From positions 21,266,001 to 21,330,000 of the forward strand of contig NC_082713.1 in the NCBI RefSeq assembly GCF_030144855.1: 64,000 nucleotides of DNA, given 5' to 3'. Source of the stretch: Hypanus sabinus. Lineage: Eukaryota. Of this stretch, positions 1 through 12,518 are shown piece by piece (position 1 is the stretch's first letter; every line of letters begins with the position of its first letter). Both the position numbers and the translations under genes were made by a program. The notes below the pieces were generated by a model that was not told the DNA's origin, made no database searches, and saw only the letters and a list, made by a program, of their open reading frames with translations.

Positions 1-123
1 GTTAGGCCGGAACCAGCACAACCACCGTCTCTGGTGCAATCACCACCGGCACCTGTGCAATCACAGCCGGTGCTACGTAGATCACAGCGACAGATTCAAC
101 CACCTGATAGACTTAACCTGTAA
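1..123 (+). pseudogene. C-terminal tail of a Gypsy-type pol/integrase ORF, truncated by the window edge
   Basis: Frame +1 reads ...PVQSQPVLRRSQRQIQPPDRLNL* (TAA at 121-123). The LRRSxRxxxPPxRL ending is typical of Gypsy integrase C-termini, and a PPT and LTR follow it. Confidence 0.75.
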
Positions 124-187
124 ATATACTTGTAAGAAACTTCGCCCCATGGGGACTCTCTTTTAAAACAAAGGTGGGGGGGGTGAA

Positions 188-401
188 TGTGGTGAACTAC
201 ATATACCTGTCTGGACACGCCCCCCCGCTGACTGCTCCTGTGGCTCCTCCCACAGACCCCAGTATAAAGGCGATTGAGGCCTGGGCCCTGCCCTCAGTCT
301 CCAGGATGTAGTATGGTGGTCAACTACTGCTTGTTCTTTCTTCCAGTCAATAAAAGCCAATATCTCGCCTCACATCTCGGAGAGTTATTGATGGTGCATC
401 A
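188..401 (+). mobile_element. 3' LTR of a Gypsy-type LTR retrotransposon
   Basis: Preceded by purine tract AAAGGTGGGGGGGGTGAA; TG...CA ends (TGTGG...CATCA); TATAAA at 263-268; AATAAA at 349-354. Confidence 0.8.
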
Positions 402-2199
402 AATGGAAAGTGGAAGATCCCGTTAAAAAAGCAGTTTACAGTGCTGTTGGAAGGTGGGACATTGACATGGCCATCACCTTGGAAGGCCATCCTGCTTTTT
501 TATTGGTACCGTGGGACCCCTCGCATCGGTCAGACATTGTCTTAAAGGGAAAAGCAGCCTTTTCTAAAAAGGGGCCTGCAACGTTGTAAGGATTATCCTG
601 ACACTGGCCAACCAGTATCCTTATTTGGGTATGCTGCTTCAAGTGAAAAGGCGTTGTCACGGAGCTGAGGTTTTATGGGAAGGTTGAGTTCCTGGAATGT
701 TCAGCTGCAGCTTACACTATAAAAATTTCCATAAGAGCCACAAGGGAACAGTTCACACTCAGCAAGATACTCGATCTGTTGCAGTGTGAACTATTCCCTG
801 GCTGCCCCGATTACAAGAAGCATCCATAGTTCACTTCCATTAAAGCAGGGGAGATAAAAAAATGCAAACCATTGTGGGTGTTTTTGTTAGGGAGTGTTGC
901 AGGTAGGGGTTGCTTGTCAGCTGTAAACCTTGGTGAAATAATACATGATTGCTGTGATGGTCTGTATTAACATGCATTTTACAGCTTCATCCAAGTCTCC
1001 ACAAAAGCAATTAAATCTCCTGAACATATGTGCCCTCTTAGTTTTAATTTGAGACTGTGTTCTGATTAATTCTTGTCCAAGAAACTCAAATGAATATCCA
1101 AGAAAGTGAGGCAGAGAAATGAAAGGCATTTTAACAGATAACAAAATAAACCGTCAGGACAGTTGAATATTTTAAAATAATTATTGAGGTAATATTTCTG
1201 TGTGTTTGGAAGTAGCCGAGATCTGATTAAGAAAAATCTTTTATTCAGATACCTTGGTGTAACTACAGAATGTTTGCTGTAATTATTTCTCCTGACATTG
1301 TCATTATAAGCATTTTCAGAATTGGAAAAGCTAATTAGATCCCACAAGTCCTATTATGAATTGATACACAGTATTTTCTATCAAACCAAAGCTGCAATCA
1401 AATCAGAAATGATGACTTACATTTCTGTTTATGTCTATCAATATTTCCTCTTCAAACTGAGAAGCCATTGGCGACAAATTGCCATTAATGACCTTGACAT
1501 ATACTCACTCATTTTAAAAATAATAACAAGCAACGCATCAACCAAATGGTTTAGAAATATGATCATGTAGCCTGTGTCTAAGGGTGTTATGCCACAGAAT
1601 TTCATTAGATAAATAACTGCGATTTGTGACTTTCCATGATCATCATTCACTGTGTGGTTTTCTTTCTGTATCTTTCTTTTTGTATGATGTGAGAATGCTT
1701 AGAGGCAGTTGTACATGACAAGATATTTCTGTCCCACACATCTGGATACGTTTCCACAAATGTAGTACGTGTGGCCTGCAGATGTCATGAGCCATTCTTG
1801 TGGAGCAGTCATTCACAATGCAAGTCAGGGTTGTTTTGGTAAATATTAAAGGGAACTTGTATTTTTGGAGTCGGACAGAAGGAACATACTTTCAAGATGG
1901 CCCACTTTAAGAGTTTCCCATGGTGCTTCTTGCTTGGACTCGTACCACTGGGCCACCACAAACTGGTCCAATTACATCCTCACCCCTAGAAGCTGTTCAT
2001 AATCAGTGAGCCACTATATCCCCACTTTTTATCCCACAAAACGTAACCTGTATTTGTCCTGACTCCCCACTTCTCTCAAATTTCACTTGAATTTATTTTA
2101 ACCAACTCCCCAACTTCTCCCAAAACTCACCTGAATTTGTCCTAACTACTTAAACGCCGTTCCAGATAGACTGGAAGCCCAAGTGTCGGGTACAGATGC

Positions 2200-2570
2200 G
2201 GAAGTCAGGCTGTTTTCACTCGCTCTCCTGCAAACGTTTATTCCTTTCTCTGTGGTTTTCTCTTGTGAACTGATCTGACTGCTGTGTGTTTCTGCCCCGC
2301 TGGTGTGGTGAACTGGTGGCTGAGGGTTTGGGCCTTCTCTGGCTCCAGAGCAGATCTGCGACTCAGTCTGGTTCGGGATGCTGTTAGCTTGCTTCCATTC
2401 TTTGCAAGATGTGTGAGTTTTTTTTTCTCTCTCTCTTTCTCTGTGCAGTGGTTTTTGGTCTATTTTTAATTGGGTTATTCAGGTTTCTTGTATTGTAGCT
2501 GCCTGTAAGCAGAAAAATTTCAAGGTGCATACTTTATACGTTCTTTGATAATTAATGTGCTTTGAAACTA
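2200..2570 (+). repeat. Non-coding retroposon fragment with Rex1-type 3' tail
   Basis: Ends in gcctgtaagcagaaaaatttcaagg...tttgataattaatgtgctttgaa, resembling the tails at about 15720-15785 and 16400-16475. Confidence 0.5.
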
Positions 2571-2927
2571 TTTCACCTCCTCCCCCAAAACTCACCTGAT
2601 TTCCAGTTTTCATTTTGCATTGGTGGAAAGAGTGGAGGAATGGAGGATAATGGTATAAGGTCTGTTCTGTCTACACTTGCAAACACTCAGTTGTTGGCTT
2701 GTAATAAATTGCATGCTTGAAGTGTCCTTCAGCCAAGAAATTCCTAGCCTGTATTTGGCAACCTCCTATGCGCATATTACTGTAGATCCAGTGAAGAGCT
2801 ACCTCATTGAGGGAAGACTGAGATGCTTGCAGGTTAAGAAATGCACTGCAGAATGCATCTTCCTTCCCCCATCAACTGAACCATTGAGGGAGGACATGAA
2901 AAGTACTGTAGTATGGGAGATGTAGAG

Positions 2928-3006
2928 AAGGTGTTCCAACCTTTTTAATGCCATGCACCAATGCCATTAAGCAAGGGTTCCGAGGACCCCAGGTTTGGAA
3001 CACCTG
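2928..3006. mobile_element. Short hAT (Charlie-type) MITE
   Basis: Terminal inverted repeats aggtgttccaacct / aggtttggaacacct; about 80 bp; internal gccatg/ggacccc motifs shared with the element at 36.9 kb. No clean 8-bp TSD. Confidence 0.6.
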
Positions 3007-3744
3007 TAAAGGAAAAGGTGGCACACATTAAGTTGTGGAAGGTCTGATTGATTACACATGATACCTTAGAATGTTCCTCCAAATAAAGTCAAGGGAAAGC
3101 ACCTCATCTTTCAACCAGACACTTCTGTATCAGAATTAGGTTTATTATCACTGCAATGTCATGAAATTTGTTGCTTTTGTGGTATGTTGCAGAAAAAAAC
3201 CTACAGGCCATGACACTTAGGTACTTGGGTTATATTATATTTTTGTGACTGCATGTTTTGCTGCTTTGATAATTATATGTGCTGTTTCTGCCTTGTGTTG
3301 TGTGTGACTGTTGGTACTGTGTTTTGCAGCTTGGCCCTGGAAGAATGCTGTTTTGTTTGGCTGTATTCATATGTATAATTGAATAACAATTAAACTTAAA
3401 CTTGAACTTGAACCCAATTTCCACTAAATTATCAGCATCACTGTTTCTCATTCAACAGACGCTATCTGACCTAGAGAGTATTTCTAATAGCTTCTTTTAA
3501 TTTATATGTGAAAAAATATGACAATCTGAAACAGATTGACAGAAATCTGTTAACTATTCACATATAACATATTCTCTTCTACATATGCTCTTCTAACAAT
3601 GTTAGCTGAAGAATTGCTAGTACTTCTTTACTCATCATACTAATGAACATAACTAAAAAGCTTGTAACAATGCAGCACAGTAGCATAGTGGTTAGTGTAA
3701 TTCTATTGCAGTGCCAGGACCCTGGTCAGTTATACCACCATATT

Positions 3745-5090
3745 CAAGGACTTTTTCTTTGAATCTGGATGAGTATGCCACAGTTGGTACTGACTTCATG
3801 AAAACCTGTGTAGTTGTGTGTGTGCCTACAAAAACTTGCTGTACATTCCCAAAATAAAAGCCATGGGTGAACCAGGAGTTTCATTGCCTGCTGAGTGGCA
3901 TTTATGTCTGGCAACTCAGGCTTGTACAAGAAAGTTAGGTACGGCCAGTGGAGGGCTATTTCAAGAGTGAAGAAACAATTCTGAGCGAGGTTGGAGACGA
4001 CATTGGGTGCACATCAACTCTGGCAGGGTTAGCAGTGCGTTACTTCCTACAAAATGAAACCTAATAGCGTGAATAGTAACGATATTTCACCACCAGATGA
4101 GCTCAACTCCTTCTATGCACGCTTTGAAAGAGAGAATATAACTACAGCTGTGAAGATCCCTGTTGAACCTGGTGACCCTGTGATCTCGGATTTGGAGGTG
4201 ATGTCAGGGTGTCTTTCAGGAGGGTGAACCCTCATAAGGTGTCAGGCCCTGATGGAGGACCTGGTAAGGCTCTGAAAACTTGTGCCAATCAACTGGCAGG
4301 AGTATTCAAGACATTTTCAACCTCTCACTGCTACAGTCAAAAACTCCCACCTGCTTCAAACGGGCAACAATTATACCAGTGCCCAAGAAGAGTAGTGTGA
4401 GCTGTCTTAATGACTATCAGCTGGTAGCACTCACATCGACAGTGATGAAATGCTTTGAAAGGTTGGCCAAGACCAGAATCATCTCCTGCCTCAGCAAGGA
4501 CCTGGACCCACTGCACTTTGCCTATCACCATGATAGGTCTACGGCAGATGCAATCTCAATGGCTCTTCACATGGCCATAGATCACCGGGACAATATAAAC
4601 AACTGTGTGATGCTGTTCGTTAACACTATCATTCCTGCAGTCTCTGTACCTCCCTCTGCAAATGGATCCTTGACTTCTTAACTGGAAGACCACAATCTGT
4701 GTGGATTGGTATTGATAACTCACCCTTGCTGACAATAATCACTGGTGTACCTCAGGGATGTGTGCTTAGCCCACTGCTCCACTCTCTCTATACCTATGAC
4801 TGTGTGGCTAGGTATAGCTCAAGTGCTATCTATAAATTTGCTGATGATAAAACTAATTTTGACTCTCAGTTGGAGACGAGAGTGCTTAGAGGAGTGAGAT
4901 ATACCAGCTAGTTGAGTGGTACTCTAGCAACCACCTTGCACACAACATCAGTAAAACCAAAGGGATGACTGTGGACTTCAGAAACAGTAGGACAAAGGAT
5001 CATGAACCAAACCTCATAGAGGGTTCAGAATTGGAGAGAGTGAGCAATTTCAAGTTCTTAGGTGTTACGATCTCCAAGGATCTAACCTGG
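3745..5090 (+). mobile_element. Rex1/Babar-like LINE, decayed RT region
   Basis: Fragmented ORFs 4209-4911: [67 protein letters not shown]; frameshifts and stops. Confidence 0.9.
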
Positions 5091-5299
5091 AAGACATTGT
5101 TGTTTCTCTAAAAATAATTGCTCATGCTTTTCAATTTAATACAGTATTCCCTGCTCATCTTGAGCTTTTTCTCAACATTGTGGAAATGAAATGCCATTGG
5201 GACATAGCTTTATGCAGCAAATTCATTAAGTTCATTGGTGTGACCATAGTAGTACAGTCACTCAAGTCAAATATGATACTCTCCCAAACAAGGAGTTAT

Positions 5300-6010
5300 T
5301 CCCTGAAGTGCTACAGAAAAAATGCGGTGCAGGTAGACAATAATGTACAAAGCCACAATGATGTATGACATGAACGCATTTTATCATACCAGGGGAAAAC
5401 ACAATATTCTTACAGCAGCAAGATAGAAACTGGTCTTGAGCCTGGTGGTATGTGCTTCCACGCTTTTGTACCTACTACATGATGAAAGAAGGGAGAAGAG
5501 AGAATGGCTGGGGTGGCTGGGGTCTTTGATTATGTTGGCTGCTTTTTTCTGAGGCAACCAAAGCTCTAGATAGTGACCATGGAGAAGAGCTTGATTTCCA
5601 TGATGATCTGAACTGCGTGCACAAATCTATAGTTTTTTGTAGTCATGTGCAGAGCAGTTGCCATACCAAGCCATTATGCATCCAGATAGGATGCTTTTTA
5701 TGGTGTATAAAGATATTGTTTAGGTTCAAAGAGGACATGACAAGTTGGTTTAGCGTCCTGAGGAGTTAGAGCAGCTAGTAAGCTTTCTTCGCTCTGGCAA
5801 CTCCATGGCTGGACCAGGACAGGCTATTGGTGATGTTCACTTGCAGGAACTTGGAGCTCTCAGCTTAAGCATTATTGATGTAAACAGGAGTATGTGCACA
5901 ACACCCCCACCCCAGCTTCTTGAAATCAATGACCAGCTCCTTTGTTTTATTAACATTGAGGGAAAGGTTGTCGTCATGACACCATGTCACTAGACTCTCT
6001 ATCTCTGCCC
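5300..6010 (-). mobile_element. Rex1-like LINE 3' fragment
   Basis: Reverse complement resembles the C-terminal part (SILSGCI-AWYGNCS) and 3' UTR of the copy at 48410-50077. Confidence 0.65.
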
Positions 6011-6714
6011 AAAGCACCCATGATTGGGGCAAATGACTTGTTTTTTTTATTTGCTGAAGTGTCTTATGATTTTATGAATACCTCCCCTACTGTGCAGTCA
6101 GAGAATACTCAGAAATCTCCAAGTGGGAGTCCTTTTGGTGGGAAGACTTAGATCTTTAGATGAATGCAAGCAGGTACTAGATTCCTGTAGGTGGCTTTAT
6201 TTACCTGAACTTTCCTTCTCTTAGTAATCCATCAATTCTCGAAAGGAATTTGTATTGCACACTTGGTTCCCACTAATGAGACAGCTGCTATCAACCACAC
6301 AGTGACAGCATGTAATACAGGCAGACACGTGTTCTATCAAAAGCAAAGGCCCAGACTTCAAAAGTTGAAGATAAAGCCATTTGAAAAAGTAATCTTCAAC
6401 AGTATGCACACTCAGGAAACTAAAATTCTGAATGTTGGGAATCCTCAGTACAAAACAGAAAGTACTTAGAAGGTGGTCTTCAGAAAGAGAAAATAAATTC
6501 TCAATAACTTTAGTGACTTCAAAGGTCAATGTCTCTTCATCAGAATTAGGAAGGGTCAAAGATAAAGAAGTTTTCAACTGAAGAAAAAGGAGGAGGGGGA
6601 GAAAGATAAAATGTGGAAGGCTGTAATTGGGTGAAAGACAGGAGAGACTAACAGGAGAAAGTAACAGAGAACAGCACACACAAACTGTTGTAGGGACTCT
6701 GCAGGTCAGGCAAA

Positions 6715-7215
6715 AAGTTCAAAGTTCAAAGTAAAATTTGTTCTCAGAATATATACATGTCACCATATACAACCCTAATCTCTTTTCCCTGTGGGAATAC
6801 TTAGAAAATCTATAGAATAGTGACTGTAAACAGTTTCAATGAACAACAAACTGTGAAAATGCAAATATAAATAAATAGCAATAAATAACGTGCATGAAAT
6901 AACAAGATAAAGAGTTGTTAAAGTAAGATCATCGGCTGTAGGAACTACAGAAGTAGAATGACTGTAGTTATCCCTTTTTGTTCAAGAGCCTGATGATTGA
7001 GGGGTAGTAACTGTTCTTGAACTGCTGGTGCAAGTTCTCAGGCTTTTGTACCTTCTACCTGATGGCGGCAGCAAGAAAAGAGGATGGTCTGGGTGGTGAG
7101 GATCTTTGGCGATGGATGCTGCTTTTCTACGGCAATGTTTTATGTGGATGTGGTCTAATGGTTGGGAGGCTTTTACCCGTGCTGGACTGGGCTGAATCCG
7201 TTACCCTTTGTAGAA
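6715..7215 (-). mobile_element. Rex1-like LINE 3' end
   Basis: Tail repeat aaagttcaaagttcaaagt followed by 3' UTR and antisense C-terminal coding remnant. Confidence 0.65.
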
Positions 7216-7224
7216 TTGCGACAA

Positions 7225-7672
7225 TGATAGAAGTAAATAAACTGTCAATGTTTCGGGTCAAGACCCTTCACCAGACCAAGAAAGGAAGATTGATGACACC
7301 CCAGTAAAATGGTGGAGCAGGGGAAGAAGGACAAGCTAGGTGATAGGTGAAGAGCACATACGTGGCTGAAGAGCTGGAGAGATCACAGAGGGCAATCAGT
7401 GAGAGTATCCTGATGAAGAGACTTAAACATCTTCAGGGTAGCTATACCTTGAAGTAACTTCACAGTGAAGAAGATTCACCTTCTACCTTGCCCTCTTTCC
7501 CTTTCACTCAGCTTTTTATTCTGGCGTCTTTCCCATTTCCTTTCTAATCTTGAAGAAGGGTCTCGGCCCGAAATGTCAACTGTTCATTCAATTTTGCAGA
7601 AGCTGCCTGACCTGACCAGCACTTTTTATGTGTTGCTCTGGATTTCCAGCATCTTCAGAATCTCTTCTGTTT
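7225..7672. mobile_element. Inverted pair of Penelope terminal-repeat fragments (minus 7225-7385, plus 7480-7672)
   Basis: Degenerate hammerhead motifs at 7241-7277 (-) and 7545-7582 (+); shared tail ttgctctggatttccagcatct. Confidence 0.7.
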
Positions 7673-8378
7673 ATGAAAGAGAGAGAGGTGATTTGAAAGA
7701 TTTGTAGCTTTCTTCTTGCTACTCTACAATGGCAAAATACTAGAAGGAGTGAGTGTTTATGCTATTCAGTAGTGGAATTAGCCTCAGGCATTACATGACT
7801 TGCAGTAGCATGTTCCTTTTAGCAAGACTCTCCTGATCAATAAATTTCTAAGCTTTTAACTTCAAACCCAGATAGAGTTATTTCTTTACAGTTAATTTCC
7901 ACAACAAAGAATGTTAGAACAAATTCAATACAAGCATATTATCTTGAATGTACTGATGTGGCACCAGCTCATTGATTAATGTTGCAACAGCATTCAAGAA
8001 GCTTGGCACCATCCAGAACATTTGATTAATCCTCTCACTACATCAACTCAAGGAAGTCACTTCAAAAGCTCACAGTTGTTCAGTCTCTGCTACCTAAGAA
8101 GTCAGAAGCTATATCATCCTAAAAGCACTGTTAAGTCGGCATTCTTTTCGGGTTTACACATTGCCTTGTCTTGTCACTCCTTCATGGTTATTGAGTCAAA
8201 AACTGAAAGGTATCTTACCTTATTGAATGAGCACCGCTTCCACCAGAGGCACAGGTGACCAAGACAAGGCAAGACATGGTAACTATTAAGTAATTTATGC
8301 ATATTCAATAAATGTGGCCATACCAGCATCGCCCACATCCCAAGACAAGTGAAATGATAAGAAATCAACATAACCTAT

Positions 8379-8657
8379 TGTAGCAGTGTGCTACACGCAG
8401 CGCTAAAATAATGACACGGAGTCGGTAAACAGCAGTTAAAGAAAGATTTTATTCAAACTTCACAGCCTTGCTTTAAAGCCTCCCTGATCCCGTCCTCCCC
8501 AGGTGCAGATGCTGTAGGGGGCTCGTACTCACAATCCCGTGCAGGCTTTTCCCTTTGTTGGTGAAGCAGACTTGGCGCCCTTTTGGGACTGGCCTTTGAG
8601 CCAGCGCGCTGGCTATTTGTGAACCGGTTCGAGTGCGCTTGGAAGTGGGTAACCACA
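8379..8657 (-). repeat. 3' LTR of the Gypsy element
   Basis: TG...CA ends; about 21 differences (hand count) from 12241-12518; adjacent poly-C at 8661-8681 is the polypurine tract on the minus strand. Confidence 0.95.
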
Positions 8658-8698
8658 TAACCCCCCCACCCCCCCCCCCCCAGAACTGGCGATAAACC

Positions 8699-11523
8699 CT
8701 AAACTCCCCCCAACGTCCACAGTCTGGGCCGGACCCTGTTTGGGACGTCAGCCTCTGCATCGCGGTGCCAGAAACTCGACCGGTTGCGCCAAGTCCACAT
8801 GGGCCGGTTTGAGTCGGTCCACCGCGAAAACCTCCTCTCTCCCCCCAACATCCAGCACGAACGTGGACCCGTTGTTCTGGAGCACCGTAAACGGCCCCTC
8901 GTAGGGCCGTTGCAGCGGTGGCCAATGCCTGCCCCTTCGTACAAACACAAACTTACAGTTCTGCAGGTCTTGTGGTACGCAGGTCGGGTTCTGCCCATGC
9001 TGCGAAATGGGTTATGGGGGCCAGGTTACCGAGCTTCTCGCGTAGTCTGCCCAGGACTGCTGTGGGTTCTTCCTCGTGCCCCCTTGGGGCTGTTATGAAC
9101 TCCCCAGGGACGACCAGGGGTGCGCCGTACACCAACTTGGCCGACGAGGCGTGCAGATTGTCTTTGGGCGCCGTGCAGATGCCGAGTAGGACCCAGGGAA
9201 GCTCGTCCACCCAGTTAGCTCCTCTCAGGCGGGCCATGAGAGCCGACTTTAGGTGACGGTGGAAACGCTCCACTAACCCGTTCGACTGTGGGTGGTAGGC
9301 AGTTGTGTGGTGCAGCTGAGTCCCCAAAAGGCTGGCCATAGCTGACCACAGGCCGGAGGTGAACTGGGCACCTCTGTCGGAGGTAATGTGGGCCGGTACA
9401 CCAAAGTGGGACACCCAGGTGGCGATCAGTGCCCGGGCGCAAGATTCGGAGGTGGTGTCGGTGAGCGGGATTGCCTCTGGCCATCTTGTGAACCAGTCCA
9501 CGATAGTCAGGAGGTGCCGCGCTCCACATCAGGACGGTTGTCCTGATGGAGAGGTGCACTAAGTTATGAATGGAGTCGAAAACGCGTCGCCGCCAAGGTG
9601 CCGGGATGACGGGACGGGGCTGGCCAGTGGCAACGTCACAGAGTAGGGTCCTCTCACCTGGGCCTACGGGGAGGTCCTGAAGCTGCAAACTGGAGACTGC
9701 GGTTCTGTAACTCGTGATCTCTTCGTCTGCCTGCTGCGCCTCTGTCAGCACCTCAAAGTCTACCCCTTGGGAAAGGGCATGAATGTTAGGGCAAGAGAGC
9801 GTGTCCGCCACGACATTGTCCTTACCCGAGACGAGCCGGACATCCGTCGTGTATTCAGAGATGTAGGACAGATGGTGCTGCTGGCGGGATGACCAGGGAT
9901 CGGACACCTTCGTGAACGTAAAGGTAAGCAGTTTGTGGTCCGTGAACGCAGTGAAGGGCCTACCTTCTAAGAAGTACCTGAAATGCCGGATTGCCAGGTA
10001 GAGCGCCAACAGTTCCCGGTCGAAAGCACTGTATTTGAGCTCGGGTGGCCACAGGTGTTTGCTGAAAAAGGCCAGGGGTTGCCAGCGACCTGCGATGAGT
10101 TGCTCCAGCACTCCACCAACTGCCGTGTTAGAGGCGTCCACTGTGAGGGCGGTAGGGACATCCATTCTGGGGTGCACTAGCATCGCGGCATTTGCCAAGG
10201 CTTCTTTCGTTTCCTCGTCCCAGGTAATGTCCCTGCCCGGACCTGACATCAGGGCAAGCATGATTCGGGCAGCTGTAGGGAGGAAGCGGCGGTAGAAATT
10301 GACCATACCTACGAGTTCCTGAAGGCTTTTGATTGTGGTGGGTCGGGGGAAATGCCGGACCTCATCTACCTTAGCAGGCAGAGGGATTGCCCCATCTTTA
10401 GTAATCCTGTGGCCCAGGAAGTCGATGGTGTCGAGCCCGAACTGGCATTTGGCCAGGTTGATTGTTAGACCGTACTCACTCAGTCGGGCGTAGAGTTGAC
10501 GGAGGTGGGACAGATGCTCCTGACGACTGCTGCTGGCTATGAGGATGTCATCCAAATAGATGAATGCGAAGTCCAGGTCGCGTCCCACCGCGTCCATTAA
10601 CTGCTGGAACGTCTGTGCGGCATTCTTCAGGCCGAATGGCATGCGGAGGAACTCGAAAAGGCCGAACGGGGTGATGAGTGCCATTTTGGGGACGTCGTCC
10701 GGATGCATCGGGATTTGATGGTATCGTCGGACGAGGTCTACCTTGGAGAAGATCCGTGCGCCGTGCAGGTTTGCTGCAAAGTCCTGAGTGTGCAGCACAG
10801 GGTAGCGGTCCAGTGTGGTAGCCTCGTTCAGCCTGCGGTAGTCGCCACACTGTCTCCAGCCCCCTGTCACTTTGGGCACCATGTGCAGGGGGGAGGCCCA
10901 TGGGCTGTTGGACCGCCGGATGATCCCCAATTCCTCCATCCTCTTGAACTCCTCCTTTGCCAGTCAGAGCTTGTCCGGGGGAAGCCGCCGAGCATTGGCG
11001 TGGAGGGGTGGTCCCTGGGTTGGGATGTGGTGCTGTACGCTGTGTCGGGGCATGGCTGCCGTGAACTGCGGTGCCAGAACCGATGGGAAATCTGCCAGGA
11101 CTCTGGTGAAATTGTTGTCGGACAGCGTGATGGAGCCGAGGTGAGGGGCTGGCAACTGGGCTTCTCCTAGGGAGAACGTCAGAAAGGTCTCGGCGTGGAC
11201 CAGTCTCTGCCTCGGCAGGTCAACCAGCAGGCTGTGAGCCCGCAAAAAATCCGCACCCAGAAGCGGTTGGGCTATGGCGGCCAGTGTGAAGTCCCACGTG
11301 AACCTGCTGCAGCCGTAGTTCCTTACCGTGCTGCCGTTCACGGCCCTCGGGGGGGACCCAGTGCCCTGTTGCGGGTGTTGTAACTCGTCGGAGGTAAGAC
11401 GTTGATCTCAGCACCAGTGTCGACCAAAAAACAGAGTCCCGACCTCTTGTCCCACACACACAGGAGGCTATCCCGATGGCCAGCCGCCGTAGCCATCAGT
11501 GGCTGCTGGCCCTGGCGTTTCCC
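8699..11523 (-). pseudogene. pol: pol (protease-RT-RNase H-integrase), disrupted
   Basis: Protease FLVDTGAE (about 11405-11430); RT WASPLHMVPK, MPFGLKNA, YLDD; RNase H LTVDAS and YSAFDRELLA; integrase ITSDRGAQF, YHPQSNGLVERFH; GPY/F module RPYEGPF. Several frameshifts and deletions. Confidence 0.95.
11478..11523 (-). promoter_or_regulatory. Predicted -1 ribosomal frameshift signal between gag and pol
   Basis: G GGA AAC heptamer in the gag frame (11523-11517), 5-nt spacer, hairpin GGCCAGC-AGCCA-CUGA-UGGCU-ACGGCG-GCUGGCC; the -1 frame reads on into the DTGA protease. Confidence 0.8.
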
Positions 11524-12200
11524 GGGAACTGGCAGAGCGGGCTACAGTGGCGGGCTTCTGCGCCCCACCGCTGGTGGTAGAAACACCAGTGTTTGTTGGG
11601 CTCCTCACCTCTGCCTCTGGGGTTAGCGGGCTCTGTGGCCGGGCCTGGTCTGGTTTGCTACTGGGAACGTGGCCTGGTGATCTGTGCGATGGACGCCCCA
11701 CTCTCCTTCTTGGCATTCCACAGCAAGTCCGCCCGGGCTGCCACCTTCCGGGGGTCGCTGAAATCCGCGTTGGACAGCAGCAGGTGTGTGTCCTCGGGCA
11801 GCTGCTCCAGGAATGCCTGCTCAAACATGAGGCAGGGCTTGTGTCCTCCGGCCAGAGACAACATCTCATTCATTAAAGCCAATTGAGGTCTGTCTCCCAA
11901 GCTATCCGAGTGCAGTAAATGGGCAGCCCGCTCGCGCTGTGAGAGTCCGAAAGTCCGTATGAGCAGGGCTTTGAATTTCGTGTACTTGCCGTCCGCCGGG
12001 GGAGACTGTACAAACTCCTCAACCTGGGCCGCTGTGTCCTGGTCGAGGGAGCTCACCACGTAGTAGTAACGTGTGTCCTCTGAGGTTATCTGCCGAACGT
12101 GGAATTGGGCTTCTGCTTGCTGGAACCATAGGTGAGGTCGCAGCGTCCAGAAGCTTGGCAGTTTCAACAAAACCGCATGAACAGATGCGGCGTCGGTCAT
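11496..12200 (-). pseudogene. gag: gag, about 234 codons with one premature TAG at 11658-11660
   Basis: KLPSFW...WFQQAEAQF N-terminal motif; in frame past the stop is CFYHQRWGAEARHCSPLC = Cx2Hx9Cx3C knuckle (11585-11532). Confidence 0.9.
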
Positions 12201-12225
12201 CTCCCGTCCAAAAATCGTTTGGACT

Positions 12226-12238
12226 GTCGGGGTCACCA
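12226..12238 (-). promoter_or_regulatory. Primer-binding site complementary to tRNA-Trp
   Basis: TGGTGACCCCGAC, 2 nt inside the 5' LTR, complementary to the vertebrate tRNA-Trp 3' end GTCGGGGTCACCA. Confidence 0.9.
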
Positions 12239-12240
12239 AC

Positions 12241-12518
12241 TGTAGCGGTGTGCTACACGCAGCGCTAAAATAACGACATAGAGTCGGTAAACTGCAATTA
12301 AAGAAAGATTTTATTTGAACTTCACAGCCTTGCTTTAAAGCCTCCCTGATCCCGCCCTCCCCGGGCGCAGATGCTGTAGGGACACGTACTCACAAACCCC
12401 CGCAGGCTTTTCCCTTTGTTGGTGAAGCAGACTTGGCGCCCTTTTGGGACTGGCCTTTGTGCCGGCGCGCTGGCTATTTGTGAGCCGGTTCGAGTGCGCT
12501 AGGAAGTGGGTAACCACA
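12241..12518 (-). repeat. 5' LTR of the Gypsy element
   Basis: Direct repeat of 8379-8657 at about 92% identity. Confidence 0.95.

Larger units (their letters stand above)
8379..12518 (-). mobile_element. Ty3/Gypsy LTR retrotransposon, CsRN1-like lineage, near full-length but defective
   Basis: Two LTRs of about 279 bp, PBS, PPT, gag-PR-RT-RNaseH-IN order; flanks CTAT (8375-8378) and GTAT (12519-12522), a 4-bp TSD with one mismatch. Confidence 0.97.

Noticed and set aside
402-900. Possible degenerate L1/Tx1 ORF1 remnant (NGKW..KQFTVLL, PSCFFIG)
   Set aside because: Only vague short similarity; I could not recover a zinc knuckle.
6221-6679. 152-aa minus-strand ORF
   Set aside because: Half of it is the pyrimidine-rich strand of a decayed Penelope repeat; no protein motif.
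8748-12268. Plus-strand and alternate-frame ORFs over the Gypsy element
   Set aside because: Shadow ORFs expected in GC-rich coding DNA; no recognisable domains; no env-like ORF.
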